Shown here piece by piece: positions 36,978 to 50,462 of a stretch of DNA of 64,000 bases; the stretch's first letter is position 1, and each line of letters opens with the position of its first letter. Source of the DNA: Octopus sinensis (Eukaryota); NCBI RefSeq assembly GCF_006345805.1, contig NC_043006.1:42346001-42410000 (forward strand), given 5' to 3'. The notes below the pieces were generated by a model. It worked only from the letters and a program-made list of their open reading frames with translations. It was not told where the DNA came from and did no database searches. A program made the position numbers and the translations under genes.

Positions 36978-38224
36978 GACGTCCTCGTCAGATGACAACA
37001 ATGATGACGATATTGAGGATGGTGATGCACAAAAACTTGATTTAAATAAATGAGAAGGTGGTTTTCATTTGCAGTAAAAGATAAAGCTGAGCAACTTTCT
37101 CAAATTACTTAACATTATGTCAAACAAAGCAGTAGCATGGATTTGTTTTTTTTTTAAGTGCAAATATTGAATAATATACTAAGATATATTTCAGTGTCAA
37201 TGTTTTGTGGACATCTGAATGAGAATCAATAGAACATAACCAGTTGCTCCACTTTCAGTTTTCTTACAAATGCACTCTTTTCTTTTACTGGTTTTGAAAT
37301 GACTATAACAAAAGCCAGCTTGAGCAATAATGGAACTCACATCACATTTCTAAATACCATAAGATATTTTGTCCAATGCTCTGTCAATTGTCTCTACTTG
37401 GCTGCCACAGCTTGAAGATAAAGTTTATTGCATCAGTCATTTCTGTGAACATCATAAGATTCACACAGCTTTCAACACATGGCTATGATGTTTCCCCTGC
37501 TACTCCTTCTCATCATCAGAGACGCTCACATTGTCAGTCACTGAGAGACATGCTAAACTAGTTAAGGTCAAACAACTAACAAGCAAATCTAAAGAGTTGT
37601 GCTGAATAACTGCAGAAGCCCAAGACAAAACATGTACATGTTAACACTTCCAATCAGTTAAGATCAGAAACCATGAGAGCCACTGCCGGGTACTGCATCA
37701 TTATTAACATTGTAATCAAGATGGTGAGCTGGCAAAACTGTTAACAAGCCAGGCAATATTCCTTTTGAATAGTTCAAATCACAAGGGACCGATATTCTGG
37801 GAAGAAAAAGTTGGGCATACTGGTTCATGTGAGATCTGGGCACAATATGGATGGTGAGAGGAAGTGGGACAAGTTAGCCAGGGGTGCCTGAGAGGAGGAT
37901 GCATGAAACCAGGTAGCTTTAAAGGGCTGAAATGTAATGGTGGTCGGAAAAATGGGCAGAGAAGGGGTGTGAGACATTTTGGCACCACCGTTTTAGCACT
38001 GTCCATTTGGTATCACTGATTTGACACCAGATGTTTCTTTCATTGTCTCCTATCCTCCTCTCTCTTTCTTTCTCTCTGTACATGTATATTTCTGTGCTCA
38101 CACACATACACGCACATGTGTGCATGTGTATTTAACTCCAGCACCAAAACAGGCTGAATGTCAAGTTAGCCAAGACAAATCATCAATGTCCAAATAGTTG
38201 CATCCAACCATCTCATTGAAGAGG

Positions 38225-38420
38225 AGAGAACATCTGTGGATCAAATGTTAGAGTGTGGTGTTGTTGCGCAATTCATGCCAATCAGTTAGATGGCCATTTT
38301 TGGATGCATTAGGATGTCCATATGTTGCAACAGCCCCACCCCAGATGTAGGAGCAATACTCAATTGAGGATTTCATTTGAGCTTCATAGGGGATTAGTAA
38401 TTTTCAGCAGTTGAAGGCCC
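38225..38420 (-). mobile_element. Old CR1-like LINE fragment
   Basis: Minus strand YEAQMKSSIEYCSYIWGGA resembles the CR1-clade LYKAQVRPxMEYCSHIWGGA motif. Confidence 0.5.
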
Positions 38421-38676
38421 TCTGGTCGTAAAGAGAGTTATACCTTAAGGGATCTAATCGCATACTTTCTCTGTTTGAAGTGGGGTATATGATATCATTT
38501 CCTTGATAGGTATAGTGACTGAATCTCGGCATGACTTCACAGGTAGATTTTTCCAAAGTGTCCGATTCTTGGAGTCAGTACAGGACTGGCATGAAAGTAC
38601 TATTACATTCAACTAAGTCAGAAAATATCAGAAAATAATGCTGAAATAAAATATTTAAGAAAACATATTTGTTTAC

Positions 38677-38872
38677 CTTTAAAATCTATGTCAAGACCAC
38701 TAAACTGCAATTCAACACCAAGTAAGGCTTCACCCAGTGTTTCATGGTAATGACTAATGCTTTCTTTTGGGCCACCACAGAAGGGCAACGAGAAATACTC
38801 GTAGGTTTCCTGCCGATTGTGGTATGGCCCTACTGTGTTCATCCATACGACCACTTCATCTGAATTGTCATA
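38677..38872 (-). CDS. TM9SF3: TM9SF3 coding exon 2 (196 nt)
   Basis: tttttcag|TAT GAC...; [65 protein letters not shown]; donor G|gtaaac. Confidence 0.96.
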
Positions 38873-40009
38873 CTGAAAAAACAAACAGAAAACAGAATTA
38901 GTATTCTTAATAAAAGGATGAACATACTAAATTTCAGAGGCCAGCAAGTTCTATGGAAGTGCTATATATGCATAACTCAAGCTGTAACTTTAATGTGTCC
39001 AACCAACACCTTGCTTGTTTCTTGTCTTGGATTGGTTTACAATTTTTAAAATCTATTGGAAATGTACTTGTCTAGTAAGTGACTTGATTTAAGACTATGA
39101 GTTGAAACTTAAGTAACTACATCATAGAAGGGCCATGTTTTAAATGTTGAATATGTGATGTGCATGTATTACAGACATAGCTATAAATTTCATTTTTTTT
39201 TGGCACCTCATGAAATATATTTAAATTTTTAGAGAACTTATAATTTTTGCATGTTATCAAATGCATCTTGTACAATGTGGTTGCTACTCTTTTATTAAAT
39301 TCTCCAACATGGGAAAACATTAACAGAAAGACCCCCAGCATCACCACAAAATCAGATATTCAACATTAAAAAAATGGTTATCTCAGTTTAGCCCTTTTTG
39401 ATACCCAGCCATCTGAAGCCACCCTGGGTTCTATGGTACAAACTTCCTTTAGCATTTAAACTGGCCAGATCTGGCCCAAGTATTCTACTTTTTTACACTT
39501 AAATCAACCAGATCCCATCTTTCACACCTACCCTACAATGTCATTCAAAAAAATATACAATCATATCAAAATCTTGAAGCTACAAAATAATACATGATTA
39601 ATTCAAAGAAATGTGGATAAAAAAGCATCACATTTAACAATCTGAATCCTAAATGGTTAAAGTGAGCTAAATTTAAACATTCCATCAAAATTTTGTGTTT
39701 ATGCTCACCAACTGAATAATGAGCTATTCACAAAATCCTTCATTATTTTCCTAATTAATTTAAACCAAAAGAAATATGGTGAGGAAAGGGTTAAACGAAA
39801 ATTCCAGTCTTCAATACGGAAACAACAGCCAAGGCATTAATACAGCATCGCAGCCTAATGGAAGGTATGAGCATAAAGAAAAATAAGGTATTTAAACATG
39901 AATTTCAACAGTGAGAAACTCTTAAAACCTTAATCTTTGTTCCATGCTTGAACAGTCTTACTGACAACAAAAGAGAAGTTCATAAACTGGTAAAAACTTA
40001 ATCTATTAC

Positions 40010-40391
40010 TTTGCTTGCAGCCATGCTGAGGTACGACCTTGAAGTGTTTAGTCATATAAATCAACCCCAGTACTTTTTTTTTAATCTAGCACTCACTCTG
40101 TTGGTCTCTTTTGCAGAACTGCTAAGTTACAGAGATTACAAGGATATAAACAAACCAACACCAATTATCAAGTGGTGGAGGGACAAACACAAAGACACAC
40201 ACACACGTGTACACATACATAGACATACACAAACACATGAGCTTCCATATAGTATCTGTCAACCAAATTCAACCACAAGGCATTGATCGGCCCAGGGCTA
40301 CAGTAGAAGATTCTTGTCCATGGTGCCGCACAATGAGACTGAACCCAAAACCACGTGATTGCAAAGTAAGGTTTTTAACCAAACAGCTATG
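40010..40391 (-). mobile_element. SINE family A, diverged
   Basis: gcagccatgctg...ggtctcttttgcagaactgctaagtt...gagactgaacccaaaaccacg. Confidence 0.65.
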
Positions 40392-40879
40392 TCTAGGAAA
40401 ATTGGTTTGCATTCCTCATTTTTTGCTTTTTATATACTAAATGATACAAACCTAAATATACACAAATTTAAATGGAAACTTGAATTCTCTTTGAGCTGCA
40501 GTCATTTCTAAACTCAGTTTTACTTAAGCTTTATAGATTAACACTGCAAACCCAATGGACTTATTCTATTCTGTCCCAATCACTGCAAATTTACTGTTGT
40601 CAATAGTTCTATCCATATTAGTCAAAAGAAAATAGAAATTATCCATATTAAAACCCTTGAAGGATTTTGGTATAGGTCATTGCTGCCTCTTCAAGAACTA
40701 ATATCATCTTCACACTGAAATTCAGTTACCCAATAGATTATCCTGTTCAATCCACAACTAATGGATTGTATACTAACTATTTCACTGCAATATCTAAAAA
40801 TGTTGTTATCTGACAATCTAAGATAGTGGAAGTTTTGGTAAAATTTATGTGCAATAAACTTGTTATAATTCTATAATAC

Positions 40880-41002
40880 ATTCCGGGTCCAGTCCCACTG
40901 TGTGGCACCTTGGGCAAATGTTTTCTACTATAGCCTCAGGCTGACCAAAGCCTTGTGAGTGGATTTGGTAGACAGAAACTGAAAAGAAGCCCATCATGTA
41001 TA

Positions 41003-41055
<53 letters not shown>

Positions 41056-41278
41056 TTATATATATATGTATGTATTTGTGTGACTGTGTTTGTCCCCACA
41101 CCATCGCTAAACAACCAATATTGGTATGTTTACATCCCCATAACTTAGCAGTTCAGCAATAAGAGACCGATAGAATAAGTACTAGGCTTACAAAAATAAG
41201 TCCTGGGGTCACTTTGTTTGACTAAAGGCAGTGTTCCAGCATGGCCGCAGTCAAAATGATTAAAACAAGTAAAAGATT
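40880..41278 (+). mobile_element. SINE family A with expanded internal (TA)n
   Basis: ccgggtccagtcccactg...gccttgtgagtggatttggtagac...aaacaagtaaaag. Confidence 0.85.
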
Positions 41279-41662
41279 AATACATAGAATATTTTAAGAA
41301 TTTTTTTTGATACAATTTGTTATAATATCCAGTTCTAAAAATAGGATTTTTTAAACATCGAATGGCTACAATGGTCCATCCAAGTAAAATAGGAATCAAA
41401 AAGGTTCACAGGTAAAAAAAAAAAAATGGTTGGGAACCACTGAGATACTAAGATACTCCACTGCAATTAATGCACTCACTGCTTGCAGTGACTATGCAGC
41501 TGCAATCAATTGTTCTCTCACTACCTACATTCTAAGCAAAACCTTTCTCTGATGTTATTGTTATGTCATGCTTTTAAGGTCCCTGCTACTGCAGAGTCTC
41601 ATAAAAGGGATGTATTGATAGTCACACCATTTTGCTCTTCCCTGTTTCAAAATATATTTCAT

Positions 41663-42039
41663 CTTTTACTCTTTTACTTGTTTCAGTCATTGGACTGCAG
41701 CCATGCTGGGGCACCTGCCTTAAATAAATTTCAGTTGAACAAACTGACCCCTGCATTTTTTGTTTTTAAGCCAGGTTCTTATTCTATTGGTCTCTTTTGA
41801 TTAAGCACTAAGTTATGGGGACATAAACACACCAACACCAGTTGTCAAAGATACACACACACACATATATATATATAGCAAGCTTCTTGCAGTTTCCATC
41901 TACCAAATCCACTCACAAAGCTTTGGTCAGACTGAAGCTATAGCAGAAATCCCTTATCCAAGGTACAACACAGTGGGGCTGAATCCTGAACCATGTGGTT
42001 GGTAAGCAAACTTCTTACCACACAGCCACACTTATGCCT
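41663..42039 (-). mobile_element. SINE family A
   Basis: cttttactcttttacttgtttcagtc...ccacacagccac. Confidence 0.85.
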
Positions 42040-42361
42040 ATTTGAAGATATACAAACAATTACAAATGATTGTAATGCAGAATTTTCCAGTCATGCAGTT
42101 CTGAAGTCATTCTGAAAGCTAGAGTGAATAAAAGAGTGACAAAAACTAGTTTTGTCAAGCACCAACAACTGCACATTAAAATATCTCTCTGTACTTACGG
42201 TCAATTTTAACAATTAAACCAACAAATATCACAAATACAAATAGTCATTTCCACAAGTCAAAACAGTACCTAATCCAAAAGCACAATATTAGTTTTATAA
42301 GAAAACATATTAGCTTTTAACTTATTAGCAGTCAGACTAATCAGGCAGATGTAGTACTTCT

Positions 42362-42716
42362 TTATAACGTCCGCCTTAGCGAAGGTGGAAGTATTGCTTT
42401 CAGTCATGTTTGTTTGCCCATGGACAAGATATCTCAAGACCCGCTGGAGGTATTCAAATGAAAATTTGGCCTTGTGACTGGTATGCACTGAATGGATTTT
42501 GGGATCAGACCAGGACCAGACGAGGATTCTGGATTATTTTTCCAGGTTTTTTTTTTTATTTTTGAGAGCGGTCAGGTTCATTTTTAGTATTCTCGTTTGT
42601 GAGAGCAGTCGAGTTTATTTCAGATATTCAAATTTAAAAATCATCTCCAGCTAATTGTTGAGAGGGCGTTAGTGTTGCCTTGGCAGAGATTTGCGCTCTC
42701 TTAAGTGTTCTTGTTT
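42362..42716 (-). mobile_element. Helentron/DINE-1-like (HINE) element
   Basis: Minus strand starts aaacaagaacacttaagagagcgcaaatctctgccaaggc and ends with a hairpin ttccaccttcgctaaggcggacgtta. Confidence 0.65.
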
Positions 42717-43165
42717 ATACTGTTTTGAATTAATCATGTATTATTATCTTGTAGTACCAAGATGTTGATGGCGTGATTATTATTTTTAGAATGACATTTG
42801 TAAGATTGATGTGAGAGGCTGGACCTGGTCAGTTTAAACATAAAACAGACAGAACATTTGGGCCCAACAAGGTGGATTTAAATACAAAAGGGTTAACAGA
42901 AATTAATATTTTTCCTCAACATATTTCACTAAGCATTCTAAGACAAACATATACAATAAAATAGAAAATAAATCAGAAAATATTCTACAGATTTTAGTGC
43001 AACAAAGTATGGTTGCGGAGTTGAGAAGCTTGCTTCCCAACCTTGTGGTCTTGGGTTCAATTTCACTGTGTGGTACCTTGGGTAAGCGTTTTCTACCATA
43101 AGCCCCATGAAGAACAAAGCCTTGCAAGTGGAAACAAGCCCGTCAAGTATGTATATGTGTATATA

Positions 43166-43382
43166 CAAGGGGGTGCTGAACAGTTTTGGGCTTTAAGGGT
43201 ATCACAGAAGGCCAGGCTGGAAGGTCCAACCTTCCAAATTCCTTTACAGGGCTTAGAAAATATGAAGGACCACTGCAATAATGTGTGAATCTGAGAGGGG
43301 AGTATATTGAATAAAATCATAATTAACTGATCCTCCTGTATTTTCTTTTACCCAAAGCCAGGAACTTCTCAGCACCACCTCA
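43166..43382 (+). mobile_element. Mariner-derived MITE
   Basis: TA-flanked TIRs caagggggtgctgaacagttttgggcttt / aaagccaggaacttctcagcaccacctca; internal remnant of a mariner C-terminus (...VNLRGEYIE*). Confidence 0.7.
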
Positions 43383-43674
43383 TATATATCACAGTATCAA
43401 TCAGCCTATCAAATGTTGTATACACCACTGGTCACAACACGAGGGAACACATTGTTGTAACTTTCAGATGATGCCCCCACCACTGATTAGGCAGGCAAGC
43501 AGGCCAACATTCCCCCTGAATCGTGGGTCAATCTGTGACAGGTCTACCCATCTTCAGATAAGAGAAATAAATTGTTTTTCACCAGGATACAATGCACTGT
43601 CGATCTGGGAATTGAAGTCATGATCTTACAATTGTGAATACAACACCCTAACCACTAAGCCACAGGAACTTCAC

Positions 43675-43935
43675 ATGTGTGTGCGTGTGTAGTTTGGGTG
43701 TGCGTGTGTAGTTTGGGTGCGCGTGTGTGGTTTGTGTGTGCATGTGTGGTTTGTGTGTGCATGTGTGGTTGTGTGTGCATGTGTGGTTTGTGTGTGCATG
43801 TGTGGTTTGTGTGTACATGCGGTTTGTGTGTGTGTGGTTTGCGTGTGTGGTTTGTGGCTTGCATGTGTGGTTTGTGTATGTGTGCGGTTTGTGTGTGTGT
43901 GTGTATGTGTGCGGTTTGTGTGTGTGTATGTGTAT
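43675..43935. repeat. GT-rich compound satellite (~18-bp unit gtgtgcatgtgtggtttg)
   Basis: Direct. Confidence 0.9.
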
Positions 43936-44496
43936 GCCCTTGTCCTGACATCACGGAGGAAATCTGCCTTTACATAATCCTGTCAGACCCATGTAAGCAT
44001 GAAAAAGTGGATGCTAAATGACAATGGTGATTAAATGAGACAGTGTCAACAACAGATTTAAGGTAATGATGAGTTTGGCATGGATGAATTGAATAAAGCA
44101 CAATGTATTACTGGTATTTATTCTACTGATCTTCAGGGGATGAAAAACAAAAATGAAGTTGACAAACTCAAAATTTGAAGTTGACAAACTCAAAACATTA
44201 TGAAGAGGATTTTAATAATAATAATGATGATAATAATAATAGATTAATTTGGCAAAAAGTTTTTCATGGCTGTGCTCCAGCTTGGTCACATTCTAATGAC
44301 TAAAAACAGATAAAAAGATATCACTGTTTATGTCTATTTTCCCATGATGGCATGGGTTACATTAAACCTATTGTGACATACTTCCAACGGTTAAACACTC
44401 TTCATATTACCAAACTTTGTTTTTCAAATAAGGTATTTCTTTCATCCCATTAGTTTTTTTAGTTACACAATCTTTCACTGAAATGACGCTGATGAA

Positions 44497-44607
44497 TAGG
44501 GCTGTGGTGTTGGAGTCGTGGAGTCAGAGTCAGTAAAATAGACCACAATCACTTAATTACATAGAGGAATTGGAGTCGAAGTTTTTTGTTTCAACTCCAC
44601 AACCCTG
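44497..44607. mobile_element. hAT-type MITE with GGAGTC subterminal repeats
   Basis: tagggctgtgg...ccacaaccctg; 8-bp TSD-like ctgatgaa/ctgataac. Confidence 0.55.
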
Positions 44608-45264
44608 CTGATAACAATATGTGAAATTAACACACACGGACTTCATTGCAATTTCTATCTACTGATTCCACTCTCAAGGCATTTGCTGGCCCAAGGATAT
44701 GGAAACTGTTTGCTCAAAATGCTATGCAGAGTAGGTCTAAACCCCAAAGTGAACATAAAGCTAACTTTGTAACTTCATACACGCCTATGCCTTTATGTAT
44801 AGAATCGCTATTATATGTGTATATGAATTCATGTGCATGTATACACCATACAACAGAAATATTATATTTAAATTCTATATATGTTCTATATTTAAATTCT
44901 ATTCATACAGAGACACTAAATTCTATCCTGCTGCCTCAAGGTCATTGCAAACTCATGAAACCAAATCTTAGAAATATTCACCAACACCCTGCTGAGTTGG
45001 TTGGAATTCTTGAATTATCACGACTGCAGAATGAAGTCACTGAAATACTATATTTTATTAATCTTGACCATGAATTATACCAAAGCAATTGTTTTTTCGC
45101 TTTTTTTATTAACCAACAATTACATTTTGGAAAAGCCATTTTAACCATCTAAAACCACACAAAAACAGTTATATTAACTTCTCTTATTTCATGAGATCTC
45201 AAAATTTCCATTACCACTGTGATCCTGTGTCAGTGACAAAGTTGTAGTAAATGCAATAAAAATG

Positions 45265-45810
45265 CGGCCATGTGATTCCGGGTTCAGACCCACTGCACTG
45301 CACTTGGGCAAATGTCTTCTACAATAACAATGGGCTGACCAATGCCTTGTTAGTGAAATTGGTAGATGGAAACTGTATGCAAATTTGTTGTGGGTTTATC
45401 TACAACCACCACTTGACAATCAGTCTTACTTTGCTTATGTCCCCATAACTTAGCAGTTCAAAAGACACTAATAGAGTAAATACCAGGGTTTAAAAAATAA
45501 ATACAAAGTTCAATTTGTTCAACTAAACTCTCAAGGTGGAGGCACATGGCCTAGTGGTTAGAGCAGCTCTAGCAGAAGGTAATGGCGAACTTCAGTTGAC
45601 TCTTTCACCACAACTTTGTCTCTCTTCCTCCTGCATCTAGCAGTTTACCTGCAACAGACCAGCATCATGTCCAGGTGGGGAACTCATATGCCAATGAAAC
45701 CGGGAAACCGGCCCTTATGAGCCAGACATGGCTCAAGAAGGAACAAACAACAACTAACTCTCAAGGTGGTACCCCAGCATGGCTGATAGTCGAAAAACTG
45801 AAACAAGAGA
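45265..45810 (+). mobile_element. SINE family A carrying a nested tRNA-SINE (45540-45750)
   Basis: Nested insert flanked by TSD caacta(a)actctcaaggtgg at 45520-45539 and 45751-45769. Confidence 0.75.
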
Positions 45811-46512
45811 TCAAAAAAAAAAAAATACAGCTTTTTGTTGGTTTTTAAATTACTAAAATGGCCTTTTCACAATGTGATTGCTCCCATTTCAAACCATGGT
45901 TTTAGAAGATCAACTCGCATCAGATGTGTACAAGACTGAAATTTCTAACAACCAATTAATAAAAATTTGTTTATCATGTTTTTTCAATCAATGCAAGAAT
46001 TAGTTCATACTGTATTAGTGAAGTTAACATTAACTAGCTATGCACAAGTTGTAAAATGATGAACATACAAACAATCCACAAGATGCAAGATTTCATTCCT
46101 AGATTAATATGCAATTATAGTTTTGAATTCTTTACATTCTGAACACATACCAAACCTGAAGCTGGGTTTTTTTTTTGTTTTTTTTTTTTTGGGGGGGTGG
46201 GTTATTGTTTTAGATTTATATTTTTGGTAAGGTTTGCAAATTTTAAGATATTTTAAAGAGAATTTTCTATTCAACACAGAAATATCACTCATCTTAATTA
46301 TTGCTGCTGCCCATTTTCAAAGCAACAGTATCAAGAATTTAAACAAAGAAATCGCCTAAAATCAGAATAAGGTGATTGGGTGCGGCTGTTTGGACGTAGA
46401 TGATTTGGCATGGCTGACTGGACAGTTGACCTGTTTTGGCAACAGTATGTTTCAGCACTAGAGGCAAACACAATCATGCAGACACACATGCAGATACAGA
46501 AGCATACACACA

Positions 46513-46896
46513 GGCACAGGAGTGGCTGTGTCGTAAGAAGTTTGCCTCCCGACCACATGGTTCTGGGTTCAGTCCCACTGCACAGCACCTTAGGCAAATG
46601 TCTTCTACTATAGACTCAAGCTGACCAAAACCTTGTGAATGGATTTGGTAGATGGAAACTGAAAGAAGCCCGTTGTGTGTTTGTGTGTGTGCGCTAGCTC
46701 ATACCTGTCTTTTTGCCTGAGTCCCCAACTACCACTTGAAAACTTGTGTTGGTGTGTTTATGTCCCCTGTAATTTGGCAAAACAGACCAACAGAATAAGT
46801 AACTGGCTTTAAAAAAAAAATAAGTACCAGAGTTGATTCATTTGACTAAAATTCTTCAAGGCAGTGCCCCAGCATGGCCTCAGTCTAATGACTGAT
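46513..46896 (+). mobile_element. SINE family A
   Basis: ggcacaggagtggctgtg...ggttcagtcccactgc...ccccagcatggcctcagtc. Confidence 0.85.
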
Positions 46897-47049
46897 AGAA
46901 GGTATAGACAAAGAGGGTCAGAAAGAGCAAGAAACAGAGAGATAGCAAGACATTACACATGCACACACACACATATTGAGAGAGGGAGAGTAGAACAAGA
47001 AAAATATTAAAACATTTGATATCAAGTAAGTGAGGAATCTGTCATATAT

Positions 47050-47250
47050 ATAATGCTGGTGCCATATAAAAAGCACCCAGTACAATGTGTAAAGTGGTTG
47101 GCATTAGGAAGGGCATCCAGCCATAGAAACCATGCCAAAACAGACAAGTGGTGCCTGGTGCAGCTCCCAGTTTGCTAGCTCAAGTTGAACCAGCCAACCC
47201 ATGCCAGTATGGAAAGCAGAAGTTAAATGATGATGATGATGATGATGACG
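47050..47250 (+). mobile_element. RTE-LINE 3' end copy
   Basis: Module plus ggttggcattaggaagggcatccagcc...(GAT)n. Confidence 0.75.
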
Positions 47251-49071
47251 GGCTTCTTTACTTTTGTCTGCCAATTCTACTCACAATGCTTTGGCTGGCC
47301 TAAGAATATAGGAGAAGGCACTTGTTCAAGGCACCATGCAATGGGACCAATCTCAAAACCATGTGATTGCAAAAGTAAATTTTTGCAACCATTCAGCCAC
47401 AATTCATTATTCACTGGCAATAAAAGATAACATTAAGTCACAAGACACACTAGTAGTGTTACAACCAGACACAAGACTAAATTTCTACCAATCACAGCGT
47501 TCACACTATTGACATTTACACACATCACACCGAGGAATATTAAAGCCGCTAAGTCTTAACATATTCACTGGTACCAACATTTCTCTAACACAAATATAGT
47601 ACCAGTTTAACATTCAGATCTTATATAGAATATGTCAATCATGCAGAAGATCTCAACATCCCTGGCACAGTTCCAACAAATGAGCAATCCAAAATAGTGT
47701 TCTTTATTTTTTAAATTATACAAGCATCAAATGTTAAAAAAGGAAACTAAAACACTCAACATCAAAAACTATCTCACCATATTCCAAATCAACTATCAAA
47801 CACTTGTATGCATTAGTAACACAAGTATATTAGAACATTCCACATTCAGAGTCTCACCCATTGTATATACACCAAATATAGTGAAAATAGCAATTTATTT
47901 TCAAGGTCAAAAATTGTATTCTAGGTTCTCATTCCTTTATAATGAATTTATAATAAATATGTGCAGATGTGGTTGTGTGGTTAATAAGTTTACTTCCCAA
48001 TCATGCTGTCTCGGGTTCAATCTCACTGCACAGCACCTTGCGCAGATTTCTACTATAGCCACAGGTTGACCAAAACCTTGTGAGTGGATTTGCTATCCAG
48101 AAACTGGAAGAAGCCTGTCGCAAGCACACACATGTGTGTGTGTGTCTAGACATCATATGATTGCAAATGAGCATCACCATTATACATGTGAAAAACATGT
48201 CTGGTCACAGGGAAATATTATTTTGCTAAGAAACAGGAATGGGTTGACAACAAGAAGGGAATTCAACTGTAGAATATCTACCAACAAATTCCATTTGACC
48301 CATGCGAGCATAAAAAAAGTGCTCATTAAATGATGATGGTGATGATGTGAGGAATCAAGTCTAGGGAGCAATGAACATTTAAAACTTTTGAAAATACCAA
48401 ATCAATCTGAACAAAGAATTACATTAAAACTACTCTAAGTGCCACTCTGTCACCATATAGTCAAAACCAAATTTCTTCACAGGACACAAGACAACATACA
48501 ACCAAACACAATATGTCGATGTGTACATCATTTTTCTAGATTGAACTGAACACCATATATCTAATGTACAGGACCAACACTCTTTCAGTTCTCTCTGTAC
48601 CTAGTTTTCTAGACTATGGATCTCTGAGGATACTCAACAAATTATGAAACTAGAATGATGCCATGAATGAGCTCAGATAGTGACCTAAAATAAGAAGTGA
48701 TTAATCCCTCTGCAACCAACTTTCTCAAAAAAATTCATATTTTTCAAATAAGAATTTAAAGAGCAATTAGCCAAATTAGTAACTTCTCTGTTTTAAAGTT
48801 GGTGTTGGAATCAGCGCTTAAAAAAAGTTTCTTACATAAAATTACGATAAGTATAAACCTGGATATAAATATTTAAGTTCTTGATAACAACCAGCCTAAG
48901 ATTGTCTAGTGACCTAAGTTAAACCTTCCATGAAAATTGCATATTAAATTAATATCCCAAACCATTTAGCATCTGAACCAGCTATATCTGGCCGTAATAT
49001 TCCAATTTTCAGACCAGATGGACCTGGCTTCTCACACCTATCCTACAATGACATTCTAAAAATAAACAATT

Positions 49072-49446
49072 ACTCTTAATTGTTTCAGTCATTTGACTGT
49101 GGCCATGCTGGAGCACCGCCTTTAGTCGAGCAAATCAACCCCACAGCTTATTCTTTGTAAGCCTAGTACTCATTCTATCAGTCTCTTTTGCCAAACTGCT
49201 AAGTTACGGGGACGTAAACACACCAGCATCGGTTGCCAAGCAATGTTGGGAAGACAAACACAAACACACAAACATATACATATACGACGGACTTCTTTCA
49301 GTTTCCATCTACCAAATCCACTCATAAGGCTTTGGTCAGCCTGAGGCTATAGTAGAAGACACTTGCCCAAGGTGTCACGCAGTGGGACTGAACCTGGGAC
49401 CGTATGGTTGGTAAGCAAGTTACTTATCACACAACCACTCTTGCAC
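49072..49446 (-). mobile_element. SINE family A inserted in a TTAA-type MITE
   Basis: Near full-length; flanks resume the MITE sequence (…cctatcctacaatgacattctaaaaata / catcattaaaatcttgaaactacaagat). Confidence 0.85.
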
Positions 49447-50090
49447 CTACTACATCATTAAAATCTTGAAACTACAAGATAATGATAAACTTAAAGCATT
49501 GCATTTGGCAGGGTAATATGAATGCCAAAGGGTTGGGTAAATGACATAATTATGTTACTAAATTCTTCATTATTTTCAAAATTAATTAAAACAGAGTTAT
49601 ATTTCTTTCAAGAGAAATATGGAAACAAAAGGGGTTAAAACAGTTTCATATCATAAACTCTTGGGCAGTTTCTAGAATAACCATATGTTGCAAACTAGGC
49701 AGAATCTTACTTCAGTCAGCTTAGTGTTCATGAACCTTTTTACTCTTCTGTAACACCTAAAATATATTACAAGTCTCAATGAATCCTTACACAAAAAAAA
49801 TTATATACCATATCGCTCTCATATTTTTTCATCATAGTTCATATGGTAAATATCATATATATAACAGGCATGTGCCATCAGTAATTACTCGGGGTAGGCA
49901 GTTGATAACATAATAGGTTAGATAGGATGATGTCTATATTAGAATAACCAATAATATGTTATGCATGTATAGTAATATCACGATCATGAAATTAGTATTA
50001 GCTTGTCTCACTCATTCTCACGGAACCCCTTAGGAACCTTTTGCAGAACCCTAGGGTTCCAGGGAATCCCAGTTGAGAAACACTGGCTTA

Positions 50091-50462
50091 CTCTTTTACT
50101 TGTTTCAGTCATTTGATTGCAACCATGCTGGAGTACCGCCTTTAGTCGAGCAAATCGATCCCAGGATTTATTCTTTGTAAGCTTAGTACTTATTCTGTGG
50201 GTCTCTTTTGCCGAACCGGTTGTCAAGCGATGTGGGGGGGGGGGACAAACACAGACACACAAACATATACACACACATACATATATATATACATATATAC
50301 AATAGGCTTCTTTCAGTTTCCGTCTACCAAATCCACTCACAAGGCTTTGGTCGGCCTGAAGCTATAGTAGAAGACACTTGCCCAAGGTGCCACGCAGTGG
50401 GACTGAACCCAGAACCATGTGGTTGCTAAGCAAGCTACTTACCACACAGTCACTCCTGCGTC
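50091..50462 (-). mobile_element. SINE family A, young copy
   Basis: TSD-like actggctta / attggctta; sits beside a hAT-like end (gttgagaaacactg). Confidence 0.85.

Larger units (their letters stand above)
429..38872 (-). other. TM9SF3: TM9SF3 gene span (coding exons 2-15; exon 1 outside window)
   Basis: 14 GT-AG-bounded exons join in frame (1668 nt incl. stop) to a nonaspanin protein: lumenal domain [45 protein letters not shown], hydrophobic TM segments, C-terminal VKID. Confidence 0.97.

Noticed and set aside
43655-44021. Cys/Val- and His/Thr-rich ORFs
   Set aside because: Translations of a GT-rich satellite.
44646-45152. 168-aa ORF
   Set aside because: Starts in a decayed SINE, no recognisable domain, AT-rich, no splice support.
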